A stretch of 46,859 nucleotides of DNA from an uncultured Methanosarcinales archaeon (GTDB lineage: Archaea; Nanobdellota; Nanobdellia; Woesearchaeales; CAYSVS01): positions 1 to 46,859 of the forward strand of contig CAYSVS010000003.1 in assembly GCA_964434475.1 (NCBI GenBank), given 5' to 3'. Made by a program: the position numbers and the translations under genes. The notes under the pieces were generated by a model, which had not been told where the DNA came from, did not search any database, and worked only from the letters and a program-made list of their open reading frames with translations. Every line of letters begins with the position of its first letter. Within the stretch, counting starts at the first letter, position 1. Positions 42,744-46,859 of the stretch are shown in pieces.

Positions 42744-44222
42744 ATGACATCCTATGTAGAAAAAGCGATAAAAGGTAGTGCTGCTGTTTTTATTATGGGT
42801 ATTTTGGCTTCTTTAGTCAGTTATATAACTAGGATATTTTTAGCAAGATATCTGACTCCTGATGAATATGGTCTTTTCTATGCTGTGTTTACTTTCATTG
42901 TATTCTTCTTGTTTTTTAGGGATTTGGGTTTGAATTCTTCTTTAGTAAAATATATTCCTGAATTTAAGGTAAAGAAGCAATATGATCATATAAAGACTGC
43001 GTTAGTATCTGCTTTGTCTTTTCAGATGTTATCTTCTGTGATTTTTATAATTTTAATATTTGTTTTTGGCAGATATCTGTCTATAAATTATTTTAAGAAT
43101 CCTTTATCTTATGATCTGCTTCGTATATTATCATTTTATGTTTTAGGAAGTGTTTTTTTTAGGTTGCTTCAGTCTTCTTTTCAAGGGTTTCAGAACATCA
43201 AGATATATTCTCTTTTTGAATTTCTTAAAAACAGCTTGTTTTTAATATTCTCTTTAGTGTTCTTTTACTTTGGTTTTGGAATATTTTCTCCGGCCGTATC
43301 TTATGTGCTGCTTTCTTTTGTAATAAGCTTAATACTTTTACCTTTTTTCTTAAAGATGTTTAATTTTTCAAGTCATAGAATTAGTGATTTTGGCTCTGTA
43401 ACCAAGAAATTGTTCTTGTTTGCTATTCCTGTTTTTTTTACTGGTATAGGGGGTAAGTTCATTAGTCATATCGATACTCTTATATTGACAGGATATGTTC
43501 CTATTGCAGAAGTGGGTATATATAATGTTATTCTTCCAACTTCTATGATGTTTTTATATTTTGGAAGTTCTATATCTGCTGCAGTTTTTCCTATGGTTAG
43601 TGAGTTATCTGCCAAGAATAGCTTTAAAAAAATATCTGACGGAGTAAAGCTTCTTCATAAATATTCTTTTGTTGCAATAATACCTCCTGCAATTATCCTA
43701 CTTATATTTTCTAAAAAGTTTATATCTTTGTTTTTTGGTTTAGAGTATGCTTCAGGATATTTTGCTATGCAGATACTTATGATAGGTATGCTTTTTTATG
43801 TTGTGGCGGGAATCAATAATAGTGTGATTTCTGGATTAGGCAAACCAAAAACAGTTGCAAAAATAATCTTGTTTGCAGCTATTATAAATACTATTATTAA
43901 TTTTATATTGATACCTAAATATGGCATTGGTGGGGCTGCTTTCTCTACTACTTTAAGCTATATTATTGTTTTTGTATTATCTACTGTTACTGTCAATAGT
44001 TATTTGATGAAAGCGCATGTTTATAATCTTTGGTTTAAGATTTTGATGGTAGGTGTTTTTTTTGGTGCATCACTATATTTTTTTAATGCTTTTTTTAGCG
44101 GTCTTATTGGTGTATTTGTCTCTATAATCTTATCTTCCGTTTTATATATTATTCTTTGTATCTTTTTCAAATTATTGGATTTTGCTGAACTCAAGTATTA
44201 TTTCAAACTGACTTTTAAATAG
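42744..44222 (+). CDS. Wzx/AglR-like oligosaccharide flippase (MOP superfamily polysaccharide biosynthesis protein)
   Basis: 12-14 TM helices and the typical N-terminus KGSAAVFIMGILASLVSYITRIFLARYLTPDEYGLFYAV. The track start at 42735 is a TTG; an ATG lies at 42744. Confidence 0.8.
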   Translation: MTSYVEKAIKGSAAVFIMGILASLVSYITRIFLARYLTPDEYGLFYAVFTFIVFFLFFRDLGLNSSLVKYIPEFKVKKQYDHIKTALVSALSFQMLSSVIFIILIFVFGRYLSINYFKNPLSYDLLRILSFYVLGSVFFRLLQSSFQGFQNIKIYSLFEFLKNSLFLIFSLVFFYFGFGIFSPAVSYVLLSFVISLILLPFFLKMFNFSSHRISDFGSVTKKLFLFAIPVFFTGIGGKFISHIDTLILTGYVPIAEVGIYNVILPTSMMFLYFGSSISAAVFPMVSELSAKNSFKKISDGVKLLHKYSFVAIIPPAIILLIFSKKFISLFFGLEYASGYFAMQILMIGMLFYVVAGINNSVISGLGKPKTVAKIILFAAIINTIINFILIPKYGIGGAAFSTTLSYIIVFVLSTVTVNSYLMKAHVYNLWFKILMVGVFFGASLYFFNAFFSGLIGVFVSIILSSVLYIILCIFFKLLDFAELKYYFKLTFK

Positions 44223-44234
44223 ATATATTTTTAA

Positions 44235-45554
44235 ATGAATGTTATTTTTTTATTGAACATGAAAGTCAATGATTTTTTTAAATCTGTATTGCAGGAATTC
44301 AATAAGCAAAATATTGGTTATGCAGTATTAAGAAATTATGAATTTCTTTTAGAAAATAAATATTCTGACCCTGGAGATTTTGATGTGATGATAAGTAGTG
44401 AGGATTTTTATAAGGCTGAAAAAATATTTTATTCATTTGGTTTTGTCAAAAATAGTCCTCAATTTTCTTTAAAACATAGAGCTTTTTCAAGGTTGGTTGA
44501 TGGTATAAGAATTGGATTTGATACTCAGAAAGGAGGAATTCATTGGAACGATAACCCTTATTTAATCGATAAACAGGTGTTGAAAAGAAAAAAAAAGATT
44601 GATTTTTTTTATACTCTTTCTGATGAGGATGCTTTCATAATGTATCTCTGTCATTCTGTTCTAGGTAAAAGAAGATTTAAACCAAAATATAAGAATAAAA
44701 TATTAGAATTGAACTCTAAAAAATTAGATAGGGATTATATCTATGCAAATTTGTCTAACATATTTTCAAATAAACTTGCTTCTGAAATACTTAAACTAGA
44801 TTTTAATAACATTACAAAAAAAAGCAAATATTATGCTTTTAGATTTGTTATAAAGAACTTTAAACGTTCTTCAACATTTTTTTTTCTTTTCTTTCGCTGG
44901 TTTTTTGGGCATCAAAAAAGCCCTTTAAGAAAAATACCTTTTGTAAAGTTTTTTTGTAAATCTGCGCCGATGATATCTTTTATGGGTCCTGATGGTAGTG
45001 GAAAGTCAACCAATGCAAAGCGCTTAGTGCAGCTATTAAGGAAAAATGGCTATAGATCTGAATATATATACTCTGGCAGAGGCGGAGGAAATATCTTGCC
45101 TATAAATAAGATAAGCAGTGCTTACAAGAAAAAAGAAAAATCAAGTACTAAGTTTAAACCTTTGATATATACTTTAGCTGCACCTATTTATGCCTTGGAT
45201 ATTTTAGTAAGATATTTTTTGAAAATATTTCCTAAACGAAAGAATTATGTAATTGTTGTGACAGATAGATTTGGAAGTGATATGCTTCTTATGAAATATG
45301 TTCCTCTTTTTTTTAGGAAATTTTTGTTATTGTTTTTTCCTAAGCCTACTCTTACTTTCTATCTTTATAATGATGTTGATGTTTTGCATAAGAGAAGAAA
45401 GCATCCCAAGGATGATCTTATCAGGCAGTTTAGCCTTTTTCCTATATTAAACAAAAGGTTTAATTCTGTAAAGATAAAAACATCAGAATTTGATAAGGAT
45501 TTTGGGAGTATTTCAAATACTGTTGTTAAAACTATAGATTCAAGCAGATATTAA
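44235..45554 (+). CDS. Fusion protein: N-terminal nucleotidyltransferase-like domain + C-terminal thymidylate-kinase-like P-loop domain
   Basis: N-terminal GYAVLRNYEFLL..PGDFDVMI. C-terminal P-loop ISFMGPDGSGKST and DRF motif VVTDRFGSD. Confidence 0.55.
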   Translation: MNVIFLLNMKVNDFFKSVLQEFNKQNIGYAVLRNYEFLLENKYSDPGDFDVMISSEDFYKAEKIFYSFGFVKNSPQFSLKHRAFSRLVDGIRIGFDTQKGGIHWNDNPYLIDKQVLKRKKKIDFFYTLSDEDAFIMYLCHSVLGKRRFKPKYKNKILELNSKKLDRDYIYANLSNIFSNKLASEILKLDFNNITKKSKYYAFRFVIKNFKRSSTFFFLFFRWFFGHQKSPLRKIPFVKFFCKSAPMISFMGPDGSGKSTNAKRLVQLLRKNGYRSEYIYSGRGGGNILPINKISSAYKKKEKSSTKFKPLIYTLAAPIYALDILVRYFLKIFPKRKNYVIVVTDRFGSDMLLMKYVPLFFRKFLLLFFPKPTLTFYLYNDVDVLHKRRKHPKDDLIRQFSLFPILNKRFNSVKIKTSEFDKDFGSISNTVVKTIDSSRY

Positions 45555-46664
45555 TTTTTCATATATTTTTATTATATCTTTTATTACTACTTTTATTCCG
45601 TATTTTTTAGAATCAATCAAGGCTCTTTTTGCTAATCTTTTTCTTAGTTTTTTATTTTTCATCAATTGTTCCAGCTCTTTTGCGAATTCTGTTCTATTCT
45701 TGACTATCTTTGCATTTTTTTCATTTAAAACTTCTCTTATCTCTGGAAAATCTGTTGTGATTATTGGTGTGTTACTTGCCATGGCTTCAAATATACAGGA
45801 AGGAGTGCCTTCAACACCTAAAAGTGAATTATATGGTAATGCTACTATGTCTGCTGCGTTTACATAATCTTCAACATTATCTATTGATTTTCCTATGAAT
45901 GTCATATTATCATGAATGTTAAATTCTTTAATTGCTTTTGTGTATTCTTTTTTTGTTATTCCTTTTCCCCATCTTATTACCATGATTAATTTCCAATCAG
46001 GATATTTTGTTAGAAGTTTTTCTGTAATTTTTCCAAGAAATTGTGGTCCTTTATTTTTTGCATTATTTCCATAATACAAAATGGTATTTTTATTTATGCC
46101 TAGTTTTTTTTTACTTTTTATTTTGTCTTTAGGTTTGAATTTTGAAAGATCAATAAATGAATCTAACTTTATACTATTTTTAACTCCTTTTTGTTTTAGT
46201 TCTTTATTTAACTTGTTAGATGTTGTTGTCGTAAGGTTTGAAAGATTAAGTAATTTGCTAAGACTATTTCCTAGTTTATAATAAGAATAACCTCTTATTG
46301 AATGTATGGTTTTTGCTTTACTTCTTGAAAGTATTTTGGCTAGCCATGTGCGTAAGACAAAGAACCTTGCTGAACTAAATGAGTGTATTATATCAAAATC
46401 TTTATTTTCAACTTTTATTAATCTTTTATATGCTAAAGCAGGAGATAATATTTTGTTGATTGTGAGGAATCTTGATACTTTAGGTCCCCTTATTATATCT
46501 ATTCCTTGAAATTTTTCTTTATTTTTGAATCCTTTTAACCCATCTGATATTATCTTGACTTCATGGCCTTTTTTTATCAATTCTTTTGCTTGTAATATTG
46601 TAGTAAGGTGAGCTGATTCATCTGTTCTGTTTACAAATACTGTGGGCATTAATGCTATTCTCAT
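45540..46664 (-). CDS. Glycosyltransferase family 4 (GT-B)
   Basis: EGTPSCIFEAMASNTPIITTDFPEIREVLNEKNAKIV (E-x7-E region). Confidence 0.8.
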   Translation of the reverse strand: MRIALMPTVFVNRTDESAHLTTILQAKELIKKGHEVKIISDGLKGFKNKEKFQGIDIIRGPKVSRFLTINKILSPALAYKRLIKVENKDFDIIHSFSSARFFVLRTWLAKILSRSKAKTIHSIRGYSYYKLGNSLSKLLNLSNLTTTTSNKLNKELKQKGVKNSIKLDSFIDLSKFKPKDKIKSKKKLGINKNTILYYGNNAKNKGPQFLGKITEKLLTKYPDWKLIMVIRWGKGITKKEYTKAIKEFNIHDNMTFIGKSIDNVEDYVNAADIVALPYNSLLGVEGTPSCIFEAMASNTPIITTDFPEIREVLNEKNAKIVKNRTEFAKELEQLMKNKKLRKRLAKRALIDSKKYGIKVVIKDIIKIYEKLISA

Positions 46665-46859
46665 ATTTTTGTATAATTTGTATTTATTATTAAACTTTTC
46701 TTTATTGATTACAAACTGGTTTTTATACCTCTTTGCTTTGCAACGGTTTTTTAGTTTGTAATCTTAAAAATTCCTATTCCATAGCAAAAATCTAGTGTAT
46801 ACTCTGTAGGGAACTTTGCAAAATTAGCAAAAACGTAAACTCTATATATCTACTTGATA

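Noticed and set aside
36820-46840. Shared 12-mer CATAGCAAAAAT and nearby GAACTTTG / TTTGCAA words between the 36748-37133 gap and the 46770-46840 region, as a possible repeated regulatory or mobile element.
   Set aside because: The word order differs between the two sites. With roughly 2.5 kb of AT-rich intergenic DNA, I estimate about one 12-mer match by chance. There are no flanking repeat structures.
1-46859. CRISPR arrays, tRNA genes, a prophage, or transposase/integrase genes.
   Set aside because: All tandem repeats found are in-frame coding repeats. No intergenic region except the 5S locus has GC-rich structured-RNA character. I recognised no capsid, terminase, integrase or transposase motifs in any ORF.

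Overview
AT-rich (about 30% GC by eye), almost fully coding window. It reads as archaeal, probably from a small-genome, DPANN-like lineage. This is an inference from four things: TATA boxes centred about 26 nt upstream of leaderless ATGs at several genes (5S, 20069, 21695, 25904, 42656); an archaeal-type 5S rRNA; NOP2/Sun and NFACT genes; and polyprenyl-phosphate-type glycosylation genes. The window has three blocks. (1) 172-18813 is a co-directional array with 1-4 nt start/stop overlaps. It runs: small AbrB-like protein, a 4,362-aa secreted giant protein with no anchor (Ig/PKD-like super-repeats, a roughly 730-aa Cys/Asp-rich DNDxDG region, a TSP3-like repeat, extreme N-x-S/T density), a type-I membrane protein with a long K/E-rich cytoplasmic tail, a coiled-coil protein, a truncated NFACT protein, and a NOP2/Sun RNA methyltransferase. 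(2) 18856-20896 holds an HExxH membrane protein, a stand-alone 5S rRNA gene with a roughly 30-nt insertion in loop C, and a free-standing HTH-LAGLIDADG endonuclease gene. (3) 20886-46664 is a large glycan biosynthesis and glycosylation island: ugd, UDP-sugar pyrophosphorylase-like, gmd, three DegT-family enzymes (one a Lys-to-His dehydratase type), sulfotransferase, wecB, GT2/GT4/GT-C transferases and a Wzx flippase. A 2.87-kb insertion bounded by a perfect 25-bp direct repeat interrupts this island. The insertion carries an MNT/HEPN pair and a COG1373-type ATPase but no integrase. I recognised no tRNA, CRISPR array, transposase or integrase. All product calls rest on motif recognition by eye and memory; no database search was run.
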